Assembly (NCBI GenBank): GCA_028709385.1
Contig: JAQVXD010000002.1
Location: 43,721-107,720, forward strand
Source of the DNA: Fermentimonas sp.
Lineage (GTDB): Bacteria > Bacteroidota > Bacteroidia > Bacteroidales > Dysgonomonadaceae
Length of the DNA stretch: 64,000 nt
Reading direction: 5' to 3'
Shown: positions 8,899-19,364 of the stretch, piece after piece
Numbering within the stretch: position 1 is the stretch's first letter
How the letters are laid out: the number at the start of each line of letters is the position of its first letter
Program-made: the position numbers and the translations under genes
Notes under the pieces: generated by a model
Database searches by the model: none
What the model saw: only the letters and a program-made list of their open reading frames with translations
Told to the model about the DNA's origin: nothing

Positions 8899-11343
8899 AT
8901 GAAAGTTATGAAGTTCGGAGGGACATCCGTTGGGAATCCCGAAAGTTTACAACAGGTCAAAGATATTATCACAAAAGAAAAAGAGCCGGTTATTGTTGTA
9001 GTTTCGGCACTTGCAGGTGTTACAGACAGACTGTTGCTTGCAGCAGATTTTGCGCTGAAAAGCAATCCCGGTTATAAGACACTGCTTGACGAAATAACTG
9101 AAAAGCACCGCATTGTAATAGAGAAGCTCGGCTTCTCTGACGAAGAGAAGCAACCATTGGTAAAAAAAACAGAACAGCTTTTCGATGAGTTGCAGAATAT
9201 CCTGCGGGGAGTATTTCTGATCGGCGATCTCTCTCAAAAGACATCCGACAAGATTGTTAGTTATGGTGAGCGCTTGTCATCGATTATATTAAACAGCTTG
9301 ATAACAGGATCACAGCTGTATGATTCGACTAAATTCATCAAAACCAACAAACAGTTTAAAAATCACATCCCTGATTTGAGTCGCTCCAATGAACTGATCA
9401 GGCAAACTTTTTCTGAAATGCCGCCTCCAAACATTGCTATTGTACCGGGGTTTATCTCTTCAAGTATTGATGATGATGACATAACTAACCTTGGAAGAGG
9501 CGGATCAGATTATACAGCTGCTATTATAGCAGCAGCGATGGATGCTACTATGCTTGAAATATGGACAGATGTGAACGGTTTCATGACAGCTGATCCCAAA
9601 ATAATTAACTCTGCTTATGTGATTGATGAGCTGTCATTCATCGAAGCAATTGAGCTTTCGAACTTTGGAGCAAAAGTGATATACCCACCGACAATATTTC
9701 CGGTTTATCATAAGAACATTCCTATTTATGTAAGAAATACATTTCATCCGGAAGAAAAAGGAACACTTATCCGGGATATCAAACCTACCAGTAACGGGAA
9801 GATAATCAAGGGTATCTCCTCTATTAATGATACTGCTCTGATTACTATTCAGGGACTTGGAATGGTGGGTGTTATAGGTGTAAATAAACGAATCTTTACT
9901 GCTCTGGCTGATAATGGTATAAGTGTATTCATAGTATCTCAGGCTTCTTCCGAGAACAGCACCTCTATAGGCGTAAGATCTCAGGATGCTCCTCTCTCTC
10001 AGAATGTACTTAATAAGGAGTTTGCGCATGAGATTGCGATGGGAAGTATAAATGAGATAATAGTTGAATATGACCTGGCAACTATAGCTATTGTTGGTCA
10101 GAACATGAAGCATGTACCAGGTATCGCCGGGAAATTCTTCGGGGCATTAGGCAGAAACGGTATTAGTATAGTTGCTCTTGCACAGGGTGCAGGAGAAACT
10201 AATATATCATGTGTTATATCCAAAACAGATCTTAGAAAATCTCTGAATGTTGTTCATGATTCCTTCTTCTTGTCTCCTTATCAGGAACTTAATCTTTTTG
10301 TTATAGGCACAGGCACTGTAGGCAGCAAGTTAATCGAGCAAATACGTAAGCAACTGTCAACACTAAAGGAACAAAATAAACTCAGAATTAATATAGTTGG
10401 TATTGCAAACGGCCGGAAGGCTCTTTTTAACAGGGAAGGGGTTTCACTTGACGGATACTACGAAACACTTATGGATAAAGGGGTCAAGAGCTCACCTGAA
10501 TACATACGGAACGAAATTATCAAAATGAATATATTCAACTCCGTATTTGTAGATTGCACTGCAAGTCCCGCAATTGCCGAACTTTATGGTGAACTGATGT
10601 CCAGGAATATATCTGTGGTTACAGCCAACAAGATTGCAGCGTCTTCAGATTACCAAAACTACAGTTATCTTAAGGAAACTTCTCGTAAAGCAGGTGTTAA
10701 GTTTTTGTTTGAAACAAATGTGGGTGCCGGTTTACCAATCATTAACACAATGAACTCTCTGATAAATTCGGGGGATAAGATAGTCAAACTGGAGGCTGTT
10801 CTTTCAGGTACACTGAATTTTATTTTCAACACCTTCAGTGAAGAGGTTCCATTCAGTAAAGCCGTGAGAATGGCAGTTGATGCTCAGTTTGCTGAACCCG
10901 ACCCGCGTATTGATTTAAGCGGACTTGATGTTACCCGAAAACTGGTAATTCTTTCACGTGAGGCGGGAGCAAAGGCTAATCAGTCTGACGTTGTTAAAAA
11001 ACTGTTCATTCCCGACAAGTATTTTGAGGGTTCGCTTGAAGAATTCTGGGAAACTGTTCCAGAACTGGACGAATCGTTTGAAGTGCGGCGCAAGGAACTG
11101 GCTAAACAGGGGAAAAGACTGCGTTTTGTGGCATCTTACGATAATGGTGCCTGTGAAGTAGGATTGCGTGAAGTAGAGAGCGGCCATCCCTTTTATGACC
11201 TGGAAGGAAGTAACAACATTATAATGATAACCACTGAACGTTACAACGAGTACCCGATGGTTATTAAAGGTTATGGAGCCGGAGCAAGCGTTACTGCTGC
11301 CGGTGTTTTTTCAGATATAATATCAATTGCAAACATTCGGTAA
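8899..11343 (+). CDS. thrA: Bifunctional aspartate kinase/homoserine dehydrogenase I
   Basis: KFGGTSV, LGRGGSDYTAA, two ACT domains, GTGTVG Rossmann motif, FETNVGAGLP, EPDPRIDLSGLDV. Confidence 0.97.
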   Translation: MKVMKFGGTSVGNPESLQQVKDIITKEKEPVIVVVSALAGVTDRLLLAADFALKSNPGYKTLLDEITEKHRIVIEKLGFSDEEKQPLVKKTEQLFDELQNILRGVFLIGDLSQKTSDKIVSYGERLSSIILNSLITGSQLYDSTKFIKTNKQFKNHIPDLSRSNELIRQTFSEMPPPNIAIVPGFISSSIDDDDITNLGRGGSDYTAAIIAAAMDATMLEIWTDVNGFMTADPKIINSAYVIDELSFIEAIELSNFGAKVIYPPTIFPVYHKNIPIYVRNTFHPEEKGTLIRDIKPTSNGKIIKGISSINDTALITIQGLGMVGVIGVNKRIFTALADNGISVFIVSQASSENSTSIGVRSQDAPLSQNVLNKEFAHEIAMGSINEIIVEYDLATIAIVGQNMKHVPGIAGKFFGALGRNGISIVALAQGAGETNISCVISKTDLRKSLNVVHDSFFLSPYQELNLFVIGTGTVGSKLIEQIRKQLSTLKEQNKLRINIVGIANGRKALFNREGVSLDGYYETLMDKGVKSSPEYIRNEIIKMNIFNSVFVDCTASPAIAELYGELMSRNISVVTANKIAASSDYQNYSYLKETSRKAGVKFLFETNVGAGLPIINTMNSLINSGDKIVKLEAVLSGTLNFIFNTFSEEVPFSKAVRMAVDAQFAEPDPRIDLSGLDVTRKLVILSREAGAKANQSDVVKKLFIPDKYFEGSLEEFWETVPELDESFEVRRKELAKQGKRLRFVASYDNGACEVGLREVESGHPFYDLEGSNNIIMITTERYNEYPMVIKGYGAGASVTAAGVFSDIISIANIR

Positions 11344-11378
11344 TTGATATCCTGGCAAAATAATATATAACAAGTCGT

Positions 11379-12587
11379 ATGAAGTATATAATAATTCTCG
11401 GAGACGGAATGTCTGACGAGCCAATTGCCGTACTTGGAAACAAAACTCCGCTTCAGGCAGCGCAGACACCCTACATGGATATGCTTGCCGGTAAAGGGAA
11501 AAATGGTTTACTTAATACTGTACCTGATGGCTTTTCTCCAGGCAGTGAGATAGCAAACCTCTCTGTATTAGGCTATGACATTCCCTCAGTATATGAGGGT
11601 CGCGGAGTACTTGAGGCTGCAAGTATGGGTGTAGAAATACTGCCGGACGAGGTAGCCATGAGATGTAATCTGGTCTGTATTGAAGGAGAAATACTAAAAA
11701 ACCATTCGGCCGGACATATTCCAACTGCTGAAGCAACAGAACTCATTCATTTTCTGAACGAAAAGCTGGGTGGTGATCAGTTTAGTTTTCACCCAGGTGT
11801 TTCGTACAGGCATGTTTTAAAAATTAAAGGGGGTAGTAAAAATATTATTTGTACACCACCTCATGATATTCCTGAAAAGCCTTATAAGCCTCATTTAATT
11901 AAACCGGGAAACAGTGATGCTGAATATACTGCAGAAGCGTTGAACAAGCTTATTTGTGCATCAAGGGAAATATTGACAGATCATCCTGCAAACAGAAAAA
12001 GAATGGCAGAAGGAAAAGATCCTGCCAACTCAATATGGCCATGGTCACCAGGATATCGCCCTAATATGCAAAGACTGACTGATATGTTTCCGATTAAAAG
12101 CGGATCTGTAATTTCGGCAGTTGACCTGATACGTGGTATTGGTGTATATGCAGGACTCGAAGTTATTATGGTAGAAGGTGCAACCGGTTTGTACGACACA
12201 AATTATGAAGGCAAAGCTGAAGCCGCAATTGAGGCATTAAAACAAAAGGACTTCGTATATCTTCATATTGAGGCCAGCGATGAGGCAGGTCATGAGGGAG
12301 ATGTGCCACTGAAGGTCAAGACCATAGAGTATCTGGATTCTCGTATAGTCAAACCAATATATGAAGAAATTAAAGACTGGGACGAACCTGTTACAATTGC
12401 AATTCTACCCGATCACCCTACTCCATGTGCAATTCGTACCCACACACGAGATGCAGTTCCTTTTCTTATTTGGCACAGGGATATACAACCCGACAGCGTA
12501 CAGACTTATGATGAATTTGCCGCTAAAGAGGGAAGTTACGGTTTACTGTTCGCCGACCAGTTCATGAAGACGATATTTAACATTTAA
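11379..12587 (+). CDS. ApgM-family cofactor-independent phosphoglycerate mutase-like protein (proposed homoserine kinase)
   Basis: GDGMSD, PGSEIANL, HIEASDEAGHEG and PDHPTP alkaline-phosphatase-superfamily metal motifs; located between thrA and thrC. Confidence 0.85.
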   Translation: MKYIIILGDGMSDEPIAVLGNKTPLQAAQTPYMDMLAGKGKNGLLNTVPDGFSPGSEIANLSVLGYDIPSVYEGRGVLEAASMGVEILPDEVAMRCNLVCIEGEILKNHSAGHIPTAEATELIHFLNEKLGGDQFSFHPGVSYRHVLKIKGGSKNIICTPPHDIPEKPYKPHLIKPGNSDAEYTAEALNKLICASREILTDHPANRKRMAEGKDPANSIWPWSPGYRPNMQRLTDMFPIKSGSVISAVDLIRGIGVYAGLEVIMVEGATGLYDTNYEGKAEAAIEALKQKDFVYLHIEASDEAGHEGDVPLKVKTIEYLDSRIVKPIYEEIKDWDEPVTIAILPDHPTPCAIRTHTRDAVPFLIWHRDIQPDSVQTYDEFAAKEGSYGLLFADQFMKTIFNI

Positions 12588-12611
12588 TTCTGATCTCTTA
12601 TTATTGAAAAC

Positions 12612-13916
12612 ATGCTATACTACAGTACAAAAAACAAGGATACCAAAGCAAGTCTGCAGGAAGCAGTAGTAAACGGATTAGCACCTGACAGAGGTTTATA
12701 TATGCCAGAACATATCCCTCAACTTCCTGCTGAGTTTTTTGAAGAAATTGTCAATAAAAGCCTACCTGAGATTGCTTCAGTTGTTGCAAAAGCCTTTTTT
12801 GGTGATGACATCAATAAAGACAATTTAGATTCAATAGTTACTGAAACTCTGAATTTCGATATTCCTCTAAAAGAAATTGATGAAGATATTTACGTCCTGG
12901 AGCTTTTTCACGGGCCTACTTTCGCATTTAAGGATGTGGGTGCACGTTTTATGGCCCGCATGTTATCTTTTTTCATAAAAGAGCGCAAACAGGATGATGT
13001 GAAGGTGCTGGTTGCTACCTCAGGTGATACCGGCAGTGCTGTTGCAAACGGTTTTCTGGGAGTTGACGGTATTCAGGTATTTGTGCTTTACCCTTCAGGC
13101 AAAGTCAGTAAAATGCAGGAAGCACAGTTTACCACACTCGGTCAGAATATTGTTGCCATTGAAGTTGATGGCACCTTTGATGATTGCCAGTCGTTGGTAA
13201 AATCAGCTTTTATGGATGAGGAACTTAATATACAGTTAAATCTCACCTCTGCAAACTCAATTAATGTTGCAAGATTCCTGCCTCAGTCATTTTATTACTT
13301 TTGTGGTTTTGCACAGATTGCAAAAACACTCAATGACAGAAACCTTTTGTTTTCTGTTCCAAGCGGTAACCTTGGCAACCTTACGGCAGGTCTTTTTGCA
13401 AAACGAATGGGATTGCCTGTAAACCGTTTTTTTGCTGCAAATAATAGGAATGATGTCTTTTATAAATACCTGAATACAGGTGAATATCAGCCAAAACCAT
13501 CAGTACAGACGATAGCAAATGCTATGGATGTGGGTGCTCCAAGTAATTTTGACAGGATTCTTGATTTATACGGAGGTCAGCATGAATCCATTAGTAGGGA
13601 TATAAAAGGATTCAGCTACAATGACTCTCAAATTGAAGAAACAATAAGTAATCTATACAAAAAATCAGGATACATACTTGATCCTCACAGTGCATGTGCT
13701 TACCAGGCTTTAAAAGAGGGAAAGAAACCTGGAGAAACAGGTATACTACTTGCTACTGCACATCCTGCAAAATTCAGAGAGACAGTGGAAAGATGTATTG
13801 ATTCGAAAATAGAGATTCCTGCAGATCTTGAGAAATTTACTCTTAAACAAAAGCACTCATATTCAATACCAAATGACTTCAATATTTTTAAAAAGGCGCT
13901 AATAAACCTGACTTAA
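12612..13916 (+). CDS. thrC: Threonine synthase
   Basis: ELFHGPTFAFKD (PLP lysine), ATSGDTGSA, SANSINVAR, VPSGNLGN, TAHPAKF. Confidence 0.97.
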   Translation: MLYYSTKNKDTKASLQEAVVNGLAPDRGLYMPEHIPQLPAEFFEEIVNKSLPEIASVVAKAFFGDDINKDNLDSIVTETLNFDIPLKEIDEDIYVLELFHGPTFAFKDVGARFMARMLSFFIKERKQDDVKVLVATSGDTGSAVANGFLGVDGIQVFVLYPSGKVSKMQEAQFTTLGQNIVAIEVDGTFDDCQSLVKSAFMDEELNIQLNLTSANSINVARFLPQSFYYFCGFAQIAKTLNDRNLLFSVPSGNLGNLTAGLFAKRMGLPVNRFFAANNRNDVFYKYLNTGEYQPKPSVQTIANAMDVGAPSNFDRILDLYGGQHESISRDIKGFSYNDSQIEETISNLYKKSGYILDPHSACAYQALKEGKKPGETGILLATAHPAKFRETVERCIDSKIEIPADLEKFTLKQKHSYSIPNDFNIFKKALINLT

Positions 13917-13969
13917 GTTTCTTTTTACTATTTTTGTTGCAAGTTAATTCATAAATGAATAGTATTTAA

Positions 13970-16891
13970 GTGAAACAACCCTTCCGTCCCATACTTGTTG
14001 TTTTAGTTTTAGCAATATTTTATCAATGCTCTTCAGTTAGAAGGACAAGCATTGCCGATATTACTTTACCTGAAATTTTACCGGACACCACTATTCAATT
14101 CCCTGATAACTTTGTAACAGATTCTCTTGTATCAGATTCTCTTATAACAGAAACAAATGTTTCAGAATTATCATCAGACAGTATTCTTTCTTTATCTGAA
14201 TCATCAGACGTAACAGCTGATAGTTTGAAGTTGCCTGCATCTCCTGTGGCGGATTCTACCAGTCTAGCCAGGGAAACGGCAGTAATTGATGAAGATTCTG
14301 TTGTAACTGCAGGTGAACAGGCACTTGAAGCTCCTGTTTATTATACCGCCCAGGATTCTATGATATTTACAGGTAATAATATGGGATATCTCTATGGTAA
14401 AGCAGATATAAAATATGGTGAAATGGCAATTAGCGGTGAAAAGATCACTATGGACCTGGATAGCAGTATCATCTCTTCCACATATGGAGTAGATTCATTA
14501 GGAGCAGAATTCGGACTTCCTGTCTTCACTGAGGGGGGTACAGAATATGAGATGAAAGGAGTACGTTATAATTTTGAAACAAGGAAAGCTTTTATTCGTA
14601 ATGTAATCACACAACAAGGGGAAGGCAATATAGTTGCAAATGAAGCGAAGATGAATGCCGACAACTCATTCTACATGAGGAATGCCAAATATACAACCTG
14701 TGACAAGCATGATCACCCTCACTTTTATCTGAATCTTTCAAAAGCCAAAGTACGGCCGGAAAAAGATGTTGTAACCGGTCCTGCATGGCTTGTAGTAGCT
14801 GATGTACCATTATTCCCCGTAGTGTTGCCATTTGCTTTCTTTCCGTTTACCTCAACATACTCATCAGGTATTATAATGCCAAGTTACGGAGATGAAATGA
14901 CAAGGGGTTTCTACCTGCAGAACGGGGGATATTATCTGGCTCTTAGTGACTACGTAGACCTGGCTATCACAGGGGAGATTTACACTAAAGGGTCATGGGG
15001 ATTGGGAACTCGCTCAAATTACCGCAAAAGATATAAATACTCAGGTAACGTAAATGTTTATTACCTGAATACGGTAACAGGTGAAAAAGAATTGAAGGAT
15101 GTTGTTCCTTCTGCATACTCAGTTGCAAAAGATCTTCGTATCAACTGGACACACTCCCAGGATCCAAAAGCTAATATGTATCGCACACTGTCGGCAAGCG
15201 TTAACTTCTCTACCAGCCGCAATAATCACCGCGACTTGAGTCGCCTCTATTCACGCGAAGCATCAAACAACACAAAAAGCTCAAGTGTAAATATTACACA
15301 GCGATTTCCGGACTCACCCTGGAGTCTATCTGCCACGATGAATATTAACCAGGTATCACGTGATTCAACGATAGCCGCCACGATGCCAAACGTGTCAATC
15401 AACATGAGTCGCATTTACCCCTTCAAAAGAAAAAATGCTGTAGGTAATGAGAAATGGTTCGAGAAGATTTCAATGAGCTATACCGGTGAATTCCGAAATT
15501 CAATAACAACAAAAGAAGACAGGTTCCTGAAGTCTAACTTGGTACGTGACTGGACAAATGGGATGCGTCACAATATACCTGTCAGCGCAACTTTCACTCT
15601 TTTTGATTTTATCCAGGTATCACCCTCTTTCAATTACTCAGAGAGATGGTATTCCGGTGAGTATAAGCAGGCATGGGACCCGGTGGCAAAAAGGAATGTT
15701 GACGTTGACACAATCCATGGTTTTAACCGTATATATGATTACAGTACATCCTTAAGTGCACAAACAAAACTTTACGGGATGTATACACCATGGAAAGTGT
15801 TCGGTGATAAAGTACAGGCAATAAGACATGTATTTTCTCCCAGCATAAGTTTAAATTACCGGCCAGACTTTGGTGATCCCAGATATGGATTTTACGAAAC
15901 ATATACTTATAAAAACGAGTTTGGTGAAGATGTGGAGTATACCTATTCTCCCTACTCCAAAATGATGTTCGGGACAGCTTCAAGAGGTAAGAGCGGAAGT
16001 ATAGGCTTCGATTTCAAGAACAATGTCGAAATGAAAATCAAGACCGACAAAGACTCTACCGGTGTCAGGAAAATCAGTCTGATTGATGACCTGGGTATCA
16101 ACTTTAATTATAACATGATGGCCGACTCCATGAAATGGAGTGATATCAATACGAACTTACGCCTTAAACTTTCTAAGTCATACACGTTGAGTCTCAATAT
16201 GGTTTGGGACCCATACACTTACGATTTAGACCAAAATAACAGACCTGTCAGAGTTGACAAGTTAAGACTCTTGAATGGAAAAGGTTTCGGTAAACTGAGA
16301 AGTACAGGTACCTCCTTCTCCTACTCTCTAAATCAGGATACATTTAAGAAATTATTTAACCGTGATACGGGTGGAGAAGATGAAGATCCGGATGCTGATC
16401 TTGAAAATCAATTACCTGATGACGGTACGATTGGCGAAAATCCTTATGAGACTGCCGGCAGATCAGACATGTTTGACAATACTGACAGCTCCATGGGTGA
16501 GTTCGATGAAGACGGTTATCTGAAGAATGCAGTAAACTGGAACCTGTCATTCAACTACTCTCTCAGGTATGGTTACGGCGAGTTTGATATCGACAGAAAG
16601 GAATATAAAGGCGCTCTTACACATAATTTCGGTATGAGCGGGTCAATACAGCCTACAAAAAACTGGAACTTCACATTTAACACCGACTACAATTTTGATA
16701 TGAAGAAATTCACTAATATCAATTGTACACTCACCCGCAATCTGCACTGCTGGAGCATGTCAGCAAGCTTTATACCAATTGGCCCGTACAAGTCCTACAA
16801 CTTTACTATTCGTGCAAACTCTTCAATGCTGCAGGATCTTAAATATGAGCAGAGGAGTTCTCCTTACGATCAGGGTATGAATTGGTATTAA
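13970..16891 (+). CDS. Putative LPS-assembly outer-membrane protein (Bacteroidetes LptD-like)
   Basis: Beta-jellyroll-like N-region 'YLYGKADIKYG', 'KYTTCD..HPHFY', long beta-barrel ending 'RNLHCWSMS...LQDLKY'. Confidence 0.8.
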   Translation: MKQPFRPILVVLVLAIFYQCSSVRRTSIADITLPEILPDTTIQFPDNFVTDSLVSDSLITETNVSELSSDSILSLSESSDVTADSLKLPASPVADSTSLARETAVIDEDSVVTAGEQALEAPVYYTAQDSMIFTGNNMGYLYGKADIKYGEMAISGEKITMDLDSSIISSTYGVDSLGAEFGLPVFTEGGTEYEMKGVRYNFETRKAFIRNVITQQGEGNIVANEAKMNADNSFYMRNAKYTTCDKHDHPHFYLNLSKAKVRPEKDVVTGPAWLVVADVPLFPVVLPFAFFPFTSTYSSGIIMPSYGDEMTRGFYLQNGGYYLALSDYVDLAITGEIYTKGSWGLGTRSNYRKRYKYSGNVNVYYLNTVTGEKELKDVVPSAYSVAKDLRINWTHSQDPKANMYRTLSASVNFSTSRNNHRDLSRLYSREASNNTKSSSVNITQRFPDSPWSLSATMNINQVSRDSTIAATMPNVSINMSRIYPFKRKNAVGNEKWFEKISMSYTGEFRNSITTKEDRFLKSNLVRDWTNGMRHNIPVSATFTLFDFIQVSPSFNYSERWYSGEYKQAWDPVAKRNVDVDTIHGFNRIYDYSTSLSAQTKLYGMYTPWKVFGDKVQAIRHVFSPSISLNYRPDFGDPRYGFYETYTYKNEFGEDVEYTYSPYSKMMFGTASRGKSGSIGFDFKNNVEMKIKTDKDSTGVRKISLIDDLGINFNYNMMADSMKWSDINTNLRLKLSKSYTLSLNMVWDPYTYDLDQNNRPVRVDKLRLLNGKGFGKLRSTGTSFSYSLNQDTFKKLFNRDTGGEDEDPDADLENQLPDDGTIGENPYETAGRSDMFDNTDSSMGEFDEDGYLKNAVNWNLSFNYSLRYGYGEFDIDRKEYKGALTHNFGMSGSIQPTKNWNFTFNTDYNFDMKKFTNINCTLTRNLHCWSMSASFIPIGPYKSYNFTIRANSSMLQDLKYEQRSSPYDQGMNWY

Positions 16892-16892
16892 T

Positions 16893-18164
16893 CTACTTTT
16901 TTTCACCCCAAAGCTTTCTCATCAGATCACTCATTTTCTTTTCGGCAGGAGTCGACTGAGCTTCCCAGAATATTGAGTTTTTTATCTCTTTAGGCAGATA
17001 TTCCTGTTTTACAAAATTATTATCATAATCATGTGAGTATTTATACTCTTTACCATAGTCCAGCTCCTTCATAAGTGAAGTTGGCGCATTACGAAGATGA
17101 AGAGGAACGGGAAGATTACCGGTCTGTTCAACTTTAGCTAATGCATTATCAATAGCAAGATAAGCAGAGTTGCTTTTTGGTGATGTTGCAAGATATATAG
17201 TTGTCTCTGCAAGAACAATTCTACCTTCAGGCCATCCGATTTTCTGAAGAGTATCAAAGCAGGCATTGGCAAGTAATAAAGCGTTAGGATTTGCCAGTCC
17301 GATATCCTCGGCAGCAGAGATAACCAGTCGCCGGGCAATAAACTTTGGATCCTCACCACCGGCAACCATCCTTGCTAGCCAATAGATAGCAGCATCAGGA
17401 TCGCTTCCCCTTATAGATTTGATGAAAGCAGAAATAATATCGTAATGCATTTCCCCGCCTTTGTCATAGGCTGCAGGATTCTCCTGTAAGCGTTCGGTAA
17501 CAATGCGGTCCGTAATAACTACCTCCTCATCCTCGTTTTCAGTTGCTACAGCAAGATCCAGTATATTCAGCAGTTTCCGGGCATCACCTCCCGAAAAACG
17601 AAATAATGCACCTGTTTCTTCAACCTTAATCTTCCTTTCCTTTAATATAAGATCCTCTGTTAACGCCCTGTTTAATAAAACCTCCAGATCCTTCTTCTCC
17701 ATTGATTTAAGCACATAAACCTGACAGCGCGAAAGTAAAGGTCTTATAACTTCGAAAGATGGATTCTCTGTAGTAGCACCAATTAATGTTACGGTACCTG
17801 TTTCTACTGCATTCAAAAGTGAATCCTGCTGTGATTTGCTAAAACGGTGTATCTCGTCAATGAAAAGAACAGGTGCTGCAGAATCGAAGAAACGGGTACT
17901 CTTTGCCTTTTGTATAACCTCCCTCACATCTTTTACACCGGAGTTGATAGCACTCAGTTTGTAAAAAGGAGCTTTTATAGTATTTGCTATAATATTGGCA
18001 AGTGTAGTTTTCCCCACACCCGGCGGTCCCCAGAAAATGATAGAAGGTATTCTTCCCGACTCAATCATACGACGCAACACGGCACCTTTACCAACCAGGT
18101 GTTCCTGACCAATAAATTCATCCAGACTTTGAGGTCTGAGTCGTTCTGCAAGGGGAGCACTCAT
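16893..18164 (-). CDS. rarA: Replication-associated recombination protein A (MgsA/RarA AAA+ ATPase)
   Basis: PLAERLRP, WGPPGVGKTT, FIDEIHRF, GATTENPSF, ISAFIKSIRGSDPDAA. Confidence 0.95.
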   Translation of the reverse strand: MSAPLAERLRPQSLDEFIGQEHLVGKGAVLRRMIESGRIPSIIFWGPPGVGKTTLANIIANTIKAPFYKLSAINSGVKDVREVIQKAKSTRFFDSAAPVLFIDEIHRFSKSQQDSLLNAVETGTVTLIGATTENPSFEVIRPLLSRCQVYVLKSMEKKDLEVLLNRALTEDLILKERKIKVEETGALFRFSGGDARKLLNILDLAVATENEDEEVVITDRIVTERLQENPAAYDKGGEMHYDIISAFIKSIRGSDPDAAIYWLARMVAGGEDPKFIARRLVISAAEDIGLANPNALLLANACFDTLQKIGWPEGRIVLAETTIYLATSPKSNSAYLAIDNALAKVEQTGNLPVPLHLRNAPTSLMKELDYGKEYKYSHDYDNNFVKQEYLPKEIKNSIFWEAQSTPAEKKMSDLMRKLWGEKK

Positions 18165-18333
18165 TTAAAACCTGTTAATATAAATTTGATTACTTATTCT
18201 ATCCACAAATATAACTAATTTCAACTTAATATTTATACTTACTGAAATTAGAAGCACTGTCGTATATTAAGGAAATAAATGGCACCTGAAAATTAATTTT
18301 TGTAACTTTGCCAGTTCAAAATCAATAAGTCAG

Positions 18334-19302
18334 ATGGAATTTAGCCCTTTGTTATCCATATTCGGGAATATGGATGAGCTCAATCAGATTCAGTTGAACT
18401 TCAATCAGGACAGTGTCAATTTTATGAACCTGGCTATCGCCTTTATAATGTTCGGCGTAGCATTAAGCATTAGACCTCAACATTTCAGAGCAGTTATCAT
18501 GCATCCTAAGCCTGTAGTGATAGGTGTAATTTCTCAGTATGTCCTTTTACCGGCCCTTACCTATTTACTGGTATTAATAATCAAACCTTCTACACCCGTA
18601 GCTTTGGGAATGATTCTGGTAGCAGCCTGTCCTGGTGGAAATGTTTCTAACCTGATCTCATCAATATCAAAATCAAATATAACACTTTCGGTGAGTCTTA
18701 CCACAATAACCACCATATTGAGTCTCTTTATGACCCCCCTCAACTTTGCATTCTGGGGCGGTCTTTATGCAAAACACTCTCCGCTGCTGGTTCCTATTTC
18801 CATTGACCCTATAGAGATGTTTCGTACGGTATTCCTAATTCTTGGCATACCCGTTATATTAGGAATGTTTGTTGGCATGAAATTCCCTAAGTTTTCAAAA
18901 AGAATGGATAAACCTATTCAGGCAGCATCAGTAATCTTCTTTGTAGGATTCATTGTTGCAGCTCTGGCAGGTAATTTTAGTATATTTTTAAATTATATCC
19001 ATCTTATATTCTTACTGGTACTTTTACATAACGGATTAGCTTTTTTTGGTGGATATACTCTCCCTAAAATATTTGGAGTCAGTGAGATTGATTGCAGAAC
19101 GATCTCAATTGAAACAGGAATACAGAATTCGGGACTGGGACTTGCCTTAATTTTCAATCCAAGGATCTTCCCGCCAGAGCTGCAATTAGGGGGGATGGCA
19201 ATGGTTGCCGCCTGGTGGGGAATCTGGCATATTATTGCCGGACTGATATTGGCCTTTTACTGGAGAAAGCGACCTGTTAAAACTGTCGCCGATACTAATT
19301 AA
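18334..19302 (+). CDS. Bile acid:sodium symporter (BASS) family transporter
   Basis: IMFGVAL, CPGGNVSN and SIETGIQNSGLG motifs; TAACTTTG at 18303-18310. Confidence 0.9.
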   Translation: MEFSPLLSIFGNMDELNQIQLNFNQDSVNFMNLAIAFIMFGVALSIRPQHFRAVIMHPKPVVIGVISQYVLLPALTYLLVLIIKPSTPVALGMILVAACPGGNVSNLISSISKSNITLSVSLTTITTILSLFMTPLNFAFWGGLYAKHSPLLVPISIDPIEMFRTVFLILGIPVILGMFVGMKFPKFSKRMDKPIQAASVIFFVGFIVAALAGNFSIFLNYIHLIFLLVLLHNGLAFFGGYTLPKIFGVSEIDCRTISIETGIQNSGLGLALIFNPRIFPPELQLGGMAMVAAWWGIWHIIAGLILAFYWRKRPVKTVADTN

Positions 19303-19364
19303 TCTGGTAAATATTATAAGTAATATACTAACTCCAAACTGGAGTTATTCTACAAAATAAAACT

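Noticed and set aside
18199-18213. ctatccaca, a one-mismatch DnaA box upstream of rarA
   Set aside because: It is isolated and overlaps the minus-strand TATATTTG promoter element of rarA. There is no box cluster, so I do not call oriC.
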